Below, in pieces: positions 20,330 through 29,069 of a DNA stretch of 64,000 nucleotides. Position 1 is the stretch's first letter, and every line of letters starts with the position of its first letter. The notes below the pieces were generated by a model. The model was not told the origin of the DNA. It made no database searches and was given only the letters and a program-made list of their open reading frames with translations. Source of the DNA: a virus. A program made the position numbers and the translations under genes. The DNA lies in the IMG/VR virus record IMGVR_UViG_3300005758_000132, positions 1 to 64,000 of that record. One strand, 5' to 3'.

Positions 20330-21990
20330 TTAGTACCCATCAGGTTATTCATGAAGTTCTGAATTGACGCAGCAGAGCCGGCTAGAGACCTCAGGCCTTC
20401 CTGCGCCTTGCGCGCGTTTACGGTCAAATCCTCAAATACTTTTACATCGCCTACACCACGTTGAATAGTCGTGGACTCAGACCGCGCCTGTATCACGCTA
20501 GCCTTAAATTCGTCAGTGCCCATGGTGGCGCGCATCGCGTCACTAATCATCGTTGTAGGGTCTACACCTTCACCATATCCCATCAGAGCGGCTTCAACCG
20601 CTGTTCTACCCGCGGCTACGCTAGTTGTACCGCCGGCGGCCATCGCAGCGGCGCCCTCGACACCGAAAAGACTAGCGAGATACTTAGCCGTACCCTCTGC
20701 ACCAAACTCTGCGCCCTCTGGCGCCTCTAGAGCAGCTGTGAGAAAGCTGAAACCCTTTTTCCCAGTCCTCTGCGCGGTTTGATACGCGCGCACAAGATTC
20801 ATCGTGTCAGCCATCGATGTGATGTCGCCGGCGATAGCGCCGCGCGTGCCACCGCGCATTGACTCTAAATTAGCCATTGCCTGCAAATTAGACATGCGCT
20901 GCTCGCGACCTTTAGCTACGTCCACCGTGAAAATTCGAGAGACGTAATCCCCGACATCCATCATGTCGAGCTTGAAGCCCTTACGAGCAGACTCCGCCAT
21001 CGAGTCTACAACTGCACTGACGATTGCATCAGCAGATACTTTAACGCCTTGTAATAGTCCTAAACCTCCCATAGATTCTAAATCCCATGAATACGCGCCT
21101 GTGTTGCCGCCATAAGCTCCTATTGACGACGCTCTACCCTGAAGCTGCGGACCAACACCCATAAGAGCTAGACGCGCCGCGCGTCTAGCGTTTGGTCTTT
21201 CAAGCAATGGAGTAGCCGCCGCGAATTGTGCCTCCATTCCTACGTATTCACGAGTATCAAATCCATACTCTTCAGCCGCCGAGTAATTTCTGAACAAGTA
21301 TCCACGGTCAACCGCTGTCCCAAAGTTGGTCATCGCAGCTTGTCTATACACAGGTAGTGCGGCTTGCACCTGCCCCATATAGACTTCAGCGCCTTGCGCG
21401 ATATCGTCGGCCACCATCTTTACCATGTCGCCTAGCACAGGACCGAGAATCGGACCGATGACGGGAATCATGCTCACGAGACCTGTGACAGCGGTGCCAG
21501 CCAAGTTCCCAGCCGCAGAGATAGCTCCTGTGCCACCCTTAGCGATGGAGTTTAGACTTTGCGCGGAAGTACGTAGCGCGTCTGAGATACGACGCTGAGT
21601 TTGCTCTCGATCGCGCTCACGTTGTGATTGACCTCCGCCGCCTCCCGCTCCACCGTCTCCGTCTCCTCCTCCTCCTCCTCCTCCTCCTCCTCCTCCTCCT
21701 CCTCCTCCTGCTGCTCCTGCTCCTGCTCCTGCTCCAGCGCCAGGAAGCGACTTCATAACGTCGCGCATGATATCGCCAAATCGGTCAGTCAGCCTGTTTA
21801 TGGACGCGTCTGAAATGTTGAGTTCAGAGACTCCCACACCCGGCGCGCTACCTGCACCCCCAACACCGCCCGTGATAGTAAGGTCGATGCGCGCGCTAGC
21901 TGCTAGGTCTTCCAGCTTTTTGATGACGCGATCAATAGCCTGCTCAGCTTGCGATGAATCAAGGTCAATCCTAAGCTCACGATTCGCCAT
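20326..21990 (-). CDS. Tape measure protein
   Basis: Ala/Gly-rich helical protein between chaperones and hub; IPVIGPILG motif. Confidence 0.7.
   Translation of the reverse strand: MANRELRIDLDSSQAEQAIDRVIKKLEDLAASARIDLTITGGVGGAGSAPGVGVSELNISDASINRLTDRFGDIMRDVMKSLPGAGAGAGAGAAGGGGGGGGGGGGGGGDGDGGAGGGGGQSQRERDREQTQRRISDALRTSAQSLNSIAKGGTGAISAAGNLAGTAVTGLVSMIPVIGPILGPVLGDMVKMVADDIAQGAEVYMGQVQAALPVYRQAAMTNFGTAVDRGYLFRNYSAAEEYGFDTREYVGMEAQFAAATPLLERPNARRAARLALMGVGPQLQGRASSIGAYGGNTGAYSWDLESMGGLGLLQGVKVSADAIVSAVVDSMAESARKGFKLDMMDVGDYVSRIFTVDVAKGREQRMSNLQAMANLESMRGGTRGAIAGDITSMADTMNLVRAYQTAQRTGKKGFSFLTAALEAPEGAEFGAEGTAKYLASLFGVEGAAAMAAGGTTSVAAGRTAVEAALMGYGEGVDPTTMISDAMRATMGTDEFKASVIQARSESTTIQRGVGDVKVFEDLTVNARKAQEGLRSLAGSAASIQNFMNNLMGTK
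21664..21735. repeat. (CCT)n and (TCCTGC)n microsatellites encoding poly-Gly and Gly-Ala
   Basis: Directly visible in the sequence. Confidence 0.9.
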
Positions 21991-22267
21991 GATTCGCCTC
22001 TCTGATTTTAGCCCAAAGCTCGCGTTCTTTTCTGGCAGCGTAAGAGTTGCCAGTTATTTTCGGACCCTTCTTTATATCAGGTTCACTGCCGCGTGTCTTC
22101 GCTCTTATAGCCTCGTACTGCTTTGTCGGCATAGCCGCCAGCACCATAAGGCTCAAGATTTCCGGTGCGACGTCTGGCGTGCCGTCAGCGAGCAGCGGAA
22201 ACTGAGGCATTGGAAGAAGACCCTCGCGTCGTAAGGACCACACGAGGCGTTTCCGCGCTTTCTCCAC
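21977..22267 (-). CDS. Tail assembly chaperone, second (T-like) frame
   Basis: Overlaps the upstream chaperone in the +1 frame, directly before the tape measure gene; weak RBS. Confidence 0.55.
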   Translation of the reverse strand: MEKARKRLVWSLRREGLLPMPQFPLLADGTPDVAPEILSLMVLAAMPTKQYEAIRAKTRGSEPDIKKGPKITGNSYAARKERELWAKIREANHGES

Positions 22268-22691
22268 TAGTTCCCAACCGTTCTGGAAATATCTCGGCGC
22301 GTAAGCGCATCACCTCCTGCGCCAGCGCCAGCGCGATGTACGGATCAGCCTCAGCCGCTGCGACAAGTTCTTTTCCGCCCGGCTGCGACATCAACTGCGG
22401 AGCCATTTTCATCACAGGCCAGAGATGGTCTCGCACCTCCGGCGGCACAGACGAGAACGGAAGCCCTGGGAAAGTCTCCGCCCATGCTCTCGACGCAACC
22501 ATCAACTCGCCCGGCGTCGGAACGCGCAAGATGCCTTCCCACGCGCGCTGCGTACCGCTTGGGTCCTTCCAAACGAGTCGCACGGCAGAGTGCCCTGGCT
22601 CTAGGTCAAAGACGTCTTCGTCGGGCGCCGCAGCTTTCTTGTCTGCCTTGGCTAGCGCTGAGGCTACAGCAGACACAGGTTCAACTTTCAT
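22185..22691 (-). CDS. Tail assembly chaperone (G-like)
   Basis: AGGAG RBS; position two genes upstream of the tape measure gene. Confidence 0.6.
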   Translation of the reverse strand: MKVEPVSAVASALAKADKKAAAPDEDVFDLEPGHSAVRLVWKDPSGTQRAWEGILRVPTPGELMVASRAWAETFPGLPFSSVPPEVRDHLWPVMKMAPQLMSQPGGKELVAAAEADPYIALALAQEVMRLRAEIFPERLGTSGESAETPRVVLTTRGSSSNASVSAAR

Positions 22692-22807
22692 TCGGATCTC
22701 CTAGCTCGATTCGCAGGCGCACGACCGTGCCTGCCTGTCAACACAGATACACTGTCCGATAGTCGGGCAGCAACACGTTGAACGGCCTGGGAAATAAAAA
22801 TAACGCG

Positions 22808-22905
22808 AACGTGTATTTTTCCTGTTGACGAGAAAAACGTTTGTCCTTATACATAGCTCATCAGGGGCGAGCAACTAACCAAGCCCCAAGGAGAGCTAGG
22901 ATGAA
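22808..22905 (+). repeat. 98-bp promoter-leader-RBS cassette, copy 1
   Basis: Near-identical to 24373..24470. Confidence 0.9.
22825..22853 (+). promoter_or_regulatory. Sigma70-like early promoter P1
   Basis: TTGACG-N17-TATACA with T-rich upstream tract; three copies in the island. Confidence 0.75.
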
Positions 22906-23173
22906 GCCAGAATTTTCCGTTGCAGAGCTGACCGCGATTGAGATTGCCACCACTAGGACGGGCTCCCCCGTCCTAGACCAGCTTGAGCATCAACTGCTTA
23001 ACCTAATCGCAGGTCGCGAGCATGGCCATAAAGGTCACCGCGGTTGGTGGAAGCCCGAAGACCAAGGATTCACCCGCTCGTCGCGTCGCGCGGTCGACGC
23101 GTGGCGCAAGCACGCGCAAAAGCTGCTTCTCGTAGAAGCTAGCTTCTACGATCGCTACTTTTTAGCGTTGTGA
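22901..23173 (+). CDS. Early hypothetical protein (paralog of 23314..23550)
   Basis: AAGGAGA RBS; shared AELxAIE...QLLxLIAGRExGxKGHRG...GFTRS. Confidence 0.75.
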   Translation: MKPEFSVAELTAIEIATTRTGSPVLDQLEHQLLNLIAGREHGHKGHRGWWKPEDQGFTRSSRRAVDAWRKHAQKLLLVEASFYDRYFLAL

Positions 23174-23185
23174 TCGTTTTTTCTG

Positions 23186-23214
23186 TTGACGCGAAAAACG
23201 TTTGCGCTTATACA
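23186..23214 (+). promoter_or_regulatory. Sigma70-like early promoter P2
   Basis: TTGACG-N17-TATACA with the same aaaaacgtttg spacer. Confidence 0.75.
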
Positions 23215-23229
23215 TAGCTTGAGAGGGGC

Positions 23230-23298
23230 GTGACACCTATCCATGACGAGAAAGCGCTGATCGAAGCGCTCAAGAGCTGCCGAGCGCGCTTCGCGTAA
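23230..23298 (+). CDS. Candidate 22-aa micropeptide MTPIHDEKALIEALKSCRARFA
   Basis: First ORF after P2, purine-rich tract just before the GTG; resembles the C-terminus of 37791..38696. Confidence 0.35.
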   Translation: MTPIHDEKALIEALKSCRARFA

Positions 23299-23313
23299 TT
23301 GAGGAGAGTCAAG

Positions 23314-23550
23314 ATGAACGATCGTCGTCGTATTTATTCGGACGCTGAACTTATCGCGATTGAGCTGTGCGAGCTGCGACTAGACAATCTCGGCAGCTAC
23401 GCACACCTCAGAGACCAGCTTCTCTGCCTGATCGCAGGCCGTGAGCGCGGCGACAAGGGTCACCGCGGGTACAAGAAACCGGACGGCTTTACGCGAAGCG
23501 CTGACCTAGCGGTAGTTGCTTGGGTAGAGCACGTGCGTCGTAACTTTTAG
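23314..23550 (+). CDS. Early hypothetical protein (paralog of 22901..23173)
   Basis: GAGGAG RBS; clear paralogy. Confidence 0.75.
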   Translation: MNDRRRIYSDAELIAIELCELRLDNLGSYAHLRDQLLCLIAGRERGDKGHRGYKKPDGFTRSADLAVVAWVEHVRRNF

Positions 23551-23588
23551 TCATAACTTTTACTCGGTAACAAAACAGGAGCGCTAGA

Positions 23589-23927
23589 ATGACCAAGCTG
23601 ATTAACCTCACCCCCCACGCCATCAGCGTCCAAGCCGCTGACGGCACCACAACCACATTCGAGTCCGCAGGCGTTGCTCGCGTGACCTCTACTGACCTCC
23701 CTGCGGGAGAGCTTAACGGCTTCCCGGTCGTCACTACCCAGTATGGGGAAGTGACCGGGCTCGGTCCCATGACTGACGGCGTCGTGTACGTTGTCAGCGC
23801 GATGGTCCTCGACCGCGTTGTCGGGCGCACTGACGTAGTGGCGCCCGACAGCGGACCAACGGCGGTCCGAAACGAAAAAGGGCAGATCGTCGCCGTGCGC
23901 CAGTTCCGCGCGGTAGCGGCAAAGTAA
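23589..23927 (+). CDS. Conserved phage protein with NLTPH N-terminus
   Basis: LINLTPH...VVYVVSAMV...RTDVVAPD...VRNEKGQI; AGGAG RBS. Confidence 0.75.
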   Translation: MTKLINLTPHAISVQAADGTTTTFESAGVARVTSTDLPAGELNGFPVVTTQYGEVTGLGPMTDGVVYVVSAMVLDRVVGRTDVVAPDSGPTAVRNEKGQIVAVRQFRAVAAK

Positions 23928-23957
23928 GCTGCCATTAGCTCTGAGGTTCTGCCTAGT

Positions 23958-24368
23958 ATGAAGCTCGTAATCATCATGCGGGGCTTGCCGGGCGCTGGAA
24001 AGAGCACGCTCGTCAAAGCGTATCAGCGACTGACTACTTCGCACGAGGTGTGCTCTGCGGACGACTACTTCATGGGTCCGGACGGCTACCAATTCGACGC
24101 GCGCAAACTATCAGTCGCGCACACGTGGTGCAGCGCAAAGTTTTGGCGCGCGTTGCAGCGCGGCACTGAGCTGGTGATCGTGGACAACACCAACACGCAG
24201 CACTGGGAGTTCGAACCGTATAAGCTAGACGCGACTGACGCCGGGTACGAAGTGCGCGTGGTCGACATCTACGACGGAGGCCTGAGCGACCGAGAGCTAG
24301 CGGAGCGCAACCAACACGGCGTAGCTGAAGCACAGATCGCGACTATGCGGGCTCGCTGGCAAAAATAA
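23958..24368 (+). CDS. P-loop kinase, N4BP2/polynucleotide-kinase-like (AAA_33 type)
   Basis: MRGLPGAGKST Walker A, CSADDYF, VIVDNTN, RNQHGV. Confidence 0.85.
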   Translation: MKLVIIMRGLPGAGKSTLVKAYQRLTTSHEVCSADDYFMGPDGYQFDARKLSVAHTWCSAKFWRALQRGTELVIVDNTNTQHWEFEPYKLDATDAGYEVRVVDIYDGGLSDRELAERNQHGVAEAQIATMRARWQK

Positions 24369-24372
24369 AGCA

Positions 24373-24470
24373 AACGTGTATTTTTTCTGTTGACGAGAAA
24401 AACGTTTGTCCTTATACATAGCTCATCAGGGGCGAGCAACTAACCCAGCCCCAAGGAGAGCTAGGATGAA
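24373..24470 (+). repeat. 98-bp promoter-leader-RBS cassette, copy 2
   Basis: Near-identical to 22808..22905. Confidence 0.9.
24390..24418 (+). promoter_or_regulatory. Sigma70-like early promoter P3
   Basis: TTGACG-N17-TATACA, identical to P1. Confidence 0.75.
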
Positions 24471-24906
24471 CGCGCTTACCAACGAAAACCTCAAGCCCTT
24501 TGTCACCGCCGGCAACGCCACCTTTACGGTGGTCAGCAAGGCGACCGGCACGCGTTTCACCTTCAAGGTCACGGCGCCCCCTGTTGAGAAGGGCTCATCT
24601 ATCAAGGATTACGAGGCGAGCGTTCGCTTCGTAAAGGTTCTCAGCGGACCTAACAACGACGCTGATTATCTGTACATCGGAGCGCTTCGCCCGGATGGCT
24701 TCGTCCCCAAGACGGGACTGAATCCAGAGGCGCCTAGCGTCAAAGGGTTCACCTGGTTTGCCCGCCAGATGCTCACGGGCAACGCGAAGGCGCTCGCGCA
24801 GGTAGACGTCTACCACGCCAACAAGTGCGGGCGCTGCGGGCGCACGCTCACCACGCCTGAGAGCGTGACCCTTGGCCTTGGCCCGGAATGCGCGGGCAAG
24901 GTCTAA
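24466..24906 (+). CDS. DUF6011-type zinc-finger protein
   Basis: AGNATFTVVS...TRFTFKV and C-terminal CGRCGRTLTTPESVTLGLGPEC. Confidence 0.8.
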   Translation: MNALTNENLKPFVTAGNATFTVVSKATGTRFTFKVTAPPVEKGSSIKDYEASVRFVKVLSGPNNDADYLYIGALRPDGFVPKTGLNPEAPSVKGFTWFARQMLTGNAKALAQVDVYHANKCGRCGRTLTTPESVTLGLGPECAGKV

Positions 24907-24942
24907 TTACAAGCAACAGCATCGGAGCGGGGAGTAACGAAT

Positions 24943-25437
24943 ATGGGTTGGGACGACGATACGATTTACACGGGCAGCGGAGGTCCTACATCCGCTAAGG
25001 TAGGCGATCTCAAGTTCGAAAACTGGACGGGAGAAGAAATCTACCTCCGTGTTCGAACGTCCGCGCCTGGCGCCATCACACCGGCGCACAGCACGCTCTA
25101 CATCGACTACACCAAGAGGACTAAGCTCGACCCAGAGTTTTTCGCGGTGGGCAAGATGCACGACTTCGGGTCTAGCTGCGTGGACGACCTGGACACGTCT
25201 ATCAGCGGCGATAGTTGGGACGCTCCGCGTCGAGGCGCAGCTGTTAAAGTGCTAGGGTGGTGGAAGACGCATAGCCCTATCGTAAACCCGATTCCAGCCC
25301 CCAAGGAGAACGTGGCGTACATCGTCAATCCTGACGTTGCGCCATACTACTTCCATCGCGATGACGTGTACATCCCAGGGGCACGAGATCCACGCGCGCC
25401 TAAAAGCGTGCTCTACCTCGTCAAGGTCAAGAGCTAA
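24943..25437 (+). CDS. Hypothetical protein, divergent relative of the NLTPH family
   Basis: FENWTGEEI...PAPKENVAYIVN...RDDVYIPG parallels 23589..23927. Confidence 0.6.
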   Translation: MGWDDDTIYTGSGGPTSAKVGDLKFENWTGEEIYLRVRTSAPGAITPAHSTLYIDYTKRTKLDPEFFAVGKMHDFGSSCVDDLDTSISGDSWDAPRRGAAVKVLGWWKTHSPIVNPIPAPKENVAYIVNPDVAPYYFHRDDVYIPGARDPRAPKSVLYLVKVKS

Positions 25438-25449
25438 GGAGAGAGGATT

Positions 25450-25758
25450 ATGACTAATGAAGAGCTTACTACGCACGTCAACGACTGGACAGGTACGCAG
25501 CTAAATTGGAATGAAGAAGACGTGGTGTGGGCTGCTAGCCACGACGGCGGCGAGTTGATCGCCTACTTCGAGAAGTTGCTTCGAAAGATGAAGCGAGAGC
25601 GCGCGGAGTGCATCCGTGATCGTGAAAGAGACGATTGGGTGTCCGTGACGCCCGCCACTCCCACATGCTCTCAATGTGGCGGCCACGGTGGAGCCACCGG
25701 GCTCGGTGGCATCGATGGATACGACGGTCCCTGCCATGCAGGACCCTACAAAGACTGA
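25450..25758 (+). CDS. Early protein with WTG-NWxExDVVW domain and a C-terminal Cys motif
   Basis: Strong RBS; the domain recurs in head-region genes. Confidence 0.7.
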   Translation: MTNEELTTHVNDWTGTQLNWNEEDVVWAASHDGGELIAYFEKLLRKMKRERAECIRDRERDDWVSVTPATPTCSQCGGHGGATGLGGIDGYDGPCHAGPYKD

Positions 25759-25852
25759 CACGCCGAAACCTCCGCATGGGGGTATGCGGTTCGCTACCGC
25801 ACTGATGATGGCTTCGCCCGAGTCGCTCTTGGGCATACGCAAGGGTTGCTAT

Positions 25853-26350
25853 ATGGCGCCAGTTCTTTCTTTTCACGTGCAGGTCAGCACCATCGTAGGC
25901 GCGCTCAGTCCTGCTGACGCTGCTAACACCTTCAAGGAATGGGTCAGCGACCTCAAGGCGTGGCCCATCGAAGTCGAGGCAAGCAACGGCGACCGCTGGG
26001 ACGTCGACTCGACGACCGGCGAAGTCGCGCCGCGCACTGGCCTGAGAAAGGCCGTCATTGAGGCTTGGGACTGGGACGAGATGCTCAGAACTTCGTTTCC
26101 GGGGTGGTTCCACGAGTTTGCTGACGAGGCGCTGCAAAACTCAGATGTCAGCTACGGCGATAACTCGGCCACGATTTTCTCAGGTCCAGTCGCTGTTACC
26201 GTCCTCGACTCAGCGTACTACAGCCTCATGCTAGCTAGCGTTCCTGGTATTGGTAGCGAGCAATACGCAGAGGCCAAGAAGGGTATCGAGCTGGCCGTCG
26301 CGGCCTATGATCTAAACAACCGCAGCACCCGTGTAGTGGTGTGGTCTTGA
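25853..26350 (+). CDS. Hypothetical protein (start uncertain)
   Basis: Open frame from 25676; ATG at 25853 preferred because it avoids the overlap and follows AAGGG. Confidence 0.55.
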   Translation: MAPVLSFHVQVSTIVGALSPADAANTFKEWVSDLKAWPIEVEASNGDRWDVDSTTGEVAPRTGLRKAVIEAWDWDEMLRTSFPGWFHEFADEALQNSDVSYGDNSATIFSGPVAVTVLDSAYYSLMLASVPGIGSEQYAEAKKGIELAVAAYDLNNRSTRVVVWS

Positions 26351-26400
26351 CGCGCTTGGTAGACGCCGTGACCGCGCGTAGCAGTACTTGGGGAGGGTAT

Positions 26401-27489
26401 ATGACGAGACTAGTAAACTACGCAGGCCATCTTGAGTATGTTTACGCGTACGACGACGAAGGTGCGCGTGCTGCCTATGAAAAACAGGCTATGCGCGAAG
26501 CCGCCAGACGGGATAACGACATCGCGGCGGCCTCGATTCTTGGGCACACTGAGCTTGGAAAAGCACTTCCTGTTGATACAGAGATTCCTACCCCTACAGG
26601 TTGGAAGCTACTAAAGGACCTTCATCCAGGTGACTTTGTCTTCGCTATGGATGGTAGCCCTACCAGGATTATATCTGAAACGCCTATAACTAAGCAGAAA
26701 GTATACAGGATCTTGTTTTCTGACTTCACTTATCAGGTAGCCAGCGGTGACCATCAGTGGCTAGTCTCGACCGGCGATAGAAGTCTTCATACGCTAACAA
26801 CAGTTCAGATACTTGAGTCAGGTCTTACTTGCAGAGTCCCTTTGTGTAAGCCTATCGCGCATAGCCTGAAAGATAACGTTAGGTGGCCTAATCTTTTAGA
26901 GCTGAAAAGGTTTAACTTTTACTCACGCATGTTTTCTTTTTGCTCTTCGAGAGACACTGAAGATGCTGCGGAGCTGGCTAGGTCTCAAGGTTACTTTGTA
27001 CTGGTCAGCGGTAATTGTTTGGAAGTAAGAAACGACTTGTTTAAGACGATTATGGCAATAGTTCCAGAGTCTCACGCAGTCGACATGAAGTGCATCGGCG
27101 TGGAGCACGAGACGCACACATACATTGCAGGTAGGTCTTACACAGTAACGCATAACTGTGTAACATCACAGACGATTTTCATTCTACGTGACGGTAGTCT
27201 GGTAAACACCATCGGCCACACCCCGACGGTTCGGATGCTTTTCAGCCACGAAGGAAAGACCGTCACCGTGACGAGCGCGCGCAAGCGTCCGGGCGGTGAC
27301 CCCAACTTCAAGGTGCTCGACGACCTCGGTAAGGTGCCGCGTCCTTTCCAGCGCGCCGCCATCGAGAAAGTCATGACGAGGTCGTTTGGAATCGTCAAGG
27401 CGCCGCTTGGTTCCGGCAAGACACTCTGCGCTGTGGGCTGCATGGCCTCACAGCCGGTTATCGATATGGACACGGGTGAGGAAGAATAA
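26401..27489 (+). CDS. Chimeric intein-containing ORF ending in a truncated SF2 helicase N-terminus (possible pseudogene)
   Basis: GGGAGGG RBS; intein; then PRPFQ (Q motif) and APLGSGKT (Walker A) followed closely by a stop. Confidence 0.6.
   Translation: MTRLVNYAGHLEYVYAYDDEGARAAYEKQAMREAARRDNDIAAASILGHTELGKALPVDTEIPTPTGWKLLKDLHPGDFVFAMDGSPTRIISETPITKQKVYRILFSDFTYQVASGDHQWLVSTGDRSLHTLTTVQILESGLTCRVPLCKPIAHSLKDNVRWPNLLELKRFNFYSRMFSFCSSRDTEDAAELARSQGYFVLVSGNCLEVRNDLFKTIMAIVPESHAVDMKCIGVEHETHTYIAGRSYTVTHNCVTSQTIFILRDGSLVNTIGHTPTVRMLFSHEGKTVTVTSARKRPGGDPNFKVLDDLGKVPRPFQRAAIEKVMTRSFGIVKAPLGSGKTLCAVGCMASQPVIDMDTGEEE
26563..27156 (+). mobile_element. Ala1 (class 3-type) mini-intein, 198 aa
   Basis: GK|ALPVDTEIPTPTGW...DHQW...MKCIGV...YTVTHN|C; W-C-T triplet present; AT-richer codons than flanks. 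Confidence 0.85.
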
Positions 27490-27809
27490 TGAGTGGCGGA
27501 CATTTTAACTTCATACAATCTAAGCTCGCGTTCTTGGACGAGCAGATTATTCGCGTCACCAGCACGGTAGACGGTGACTGGAACATTGACGTCCATCACA
27601 ATACTAAAGAGGCTGCGAAACGGCGCATTGCCATCGCTGCGCTATTGGTGAAGGCAGCCGCCGCAGCGATTCAGCGCGTTGATTATCTAGCGTGCGACGA
27701 CGATGGAGTGGAGTCGTTCGTGGCGCGTTGGGATGAGGAAGTTGAGCCGCTGCTGGCTGACATCAAGCGTCATCTGAGTACGAGAGGTGCCCGTGCGCGT
27801 AAGGTTTGA
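27489..27809 (+). CDS. Conserved phage hypothetical protein (MSGGHF start)
   Basis: MSGGHFNFIQ...RVDYLACDDDGVESF; TAATG coupling. Confidence 0.7.
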   Translation: MSGGHFNFIQSKLAFLDEQIIRVTSTVDGDWNIDVHHNTKEAAKRRIAIAALLVKAAAAAIQRVDYLACDDDGVESFVARWDEEVEPLLADIKRHLSTRGARARKV

Positions 27810-28188
27810 TCAGCTCTCGATCGATAGGCTCGCGACGCTTACGACGCGCGAGCCTGTGGCCTTTTTCTACGTTGGTGAAGACCTAGACTTCGGTGAACAG
27901 TTGCTGTCCGCTGTGATGGATGACGACGTTGACGGGCTGCGCAACCTGGTCGCCTGTATGCTCTCGCAGGACACGTGGCTAGACGAGCTAAGAAACGCGC
28001 TACAAGGTGGCATCTTGTCGCGGTGGGCCGGTGACCCTATCGATCCTTCTACGGTCACCCTAGCGCTAAAAAATGTGCCTTCTGACACGCGTCTGCTAGA
28101 CCTCAAGCAAGCGCTGACGGTGAACGGAGTCTTGCCGTCGCGGGTCGTGATTGACCTTGCGCTAACACCAGATAAAGACGCAGAGTAG
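27787..28188 (+). CDS. Hypothetical protein
   Basis: Open frame filling the gap before the tRNA; the start may be GTG at 27793. Confidence 0.55.
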   Translation: MPVRVRFDQLSIDRLATLTTREPVAFFYVGEDLDFGEQLLSAVMDDDVDGLRNLVACMLSQDTWLDELRNALQGGILSRWAGDPIDPSTVTLALKNVPSDTRLLDLKQALTVNGVLPSRVVIDLALTPDKDAE

Positions 28189-28197
28189 AAAACCTAA

Positions 28198-28281
28198 GCC
28201 GGGATGGCGGAACAGGTAGACGCAGTGGACTTAAAATCCACCATCCAATGGGATATGCGGGTTCAAGTCCCGCTCCCGGCA
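28198..28281 (+). tRNA. tRNA-Leu(UAA), no encoded CCA
   Basis: GCCGGGA/TCCCGGC acceptor stem, GTGGA-CTTAAAA-TCCAC anticodon arm, long variable arm, GGTTCAAGTCC T arm, discriminator A. Confidence 0.95.
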
Positions 28282-28352
28282 GCCGCTCCATAACGATTGC
28301 ATTTATACACGGCGCGTGCCACGTTTAGCCGTCAGCAGGGGGATATAACGAG

Positions 28353-29069
28353 ATGGCAAAGAACAAGCAGCTTAGTGTCTCTTCTAACGTGCTCAAGCAA
28401 TGGCCGACGGAGCTAATGGATATAACTAGCTTGCTACCGGCAGGTTATAATCCACGTCGTATAACGCAACACGCGCTAGTCGGCCTTCAAAACTCGCTTT
28501 CTCAGTTTGGGCTTGTTCAGCCTATCGTATGGAACCGTAACACCGGCAACGTAGTGGGCGGGCATCAGCGTCTAGAAGCTATGAAAGCCCTAGGCGAGAC
28601 AAAAGCGCAGGTCATCGTAGTCGAGCTTAGCGATACGCAAGAGCGTGCGTTAAATCTAACGCTCAACAATCCAGCTATTCAAGGGAGTTGGAACGACGAG
28701 AAGCTTGAAGAGTTGATAGCGTCTCTCCAAGCCGCCGACGACTTCGATGTAGAGTCTGCGCAAGACACGCGTCTCGACGAGCTGATCGCACAGTTCTCAA
28801 CGTCAGATATTTTACTTCAGCTTCCGGATAGCGACAGCGGAAGCGGTCTTGAACCGGACGAGGCTTCCTACGCGGCAGTTGTAACTGACGCGAAAAAACC
28901 TTCTTACGCGCGTATGGTATCGGTGTTCATGACTGATGTCGAAGAAGGCGTCTTCTACGAGAGAGTAAACCAACTCAAGGCAAGTTGGGGTTTCGACACT
29001 TTGTCCGAAGTCGTAGTCGAGGCTGTAAAACAATGCTCGTCAAGGACAAAAGAAGATGAAAATCTATGA
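28353..29069 (+). CDS. ParB/Srx-like N-terminal domain protein (modification-cluster associated)
   Basis: YNPR...FGLVQPIVWN...VVGGHQRL...LNN. Confidence 0.9.
   Translation: MAKNKQLSVSSNVLKQWPTELMDITSLLPAGYNPRRITQHALVGLQNSLSQFGLVQPIVWNRNTGNVVGGHQRLEAMKALGETKAQVIVVELSDTQERALNLTLNNPAIQGSWNDEKLEELIASLQAADDFDVESAQDTRLDELIAQFSTSDILLQLPDSDSGSGLEPDEASYAAVVTDAKKPSYARMVSVFMTDVEEGVFYERVNQLKASWGFDTLSEVVVEAVKQCSSRTKEDENL

Noticed and set aside
22715-22735. Sigma54 promoter (GGCACG..TGC) upstream of the chaperone gene
   Set aside because: GG-to-GC spacing is 9 nt rather than the required 10.
22841-24465. Shared N-terminal peptide MSLYIAHQGRATN in ORFs 22841 and 24406
   Set aside because: It is the translated promoter cassette; the true starts are ATG 22901 and ATG 24466.
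27330-27489. Functional SF2 helicase
   Set aside because: Only the Q motif and Walker A are present; no DExx motif follows in the downstream ORFs.
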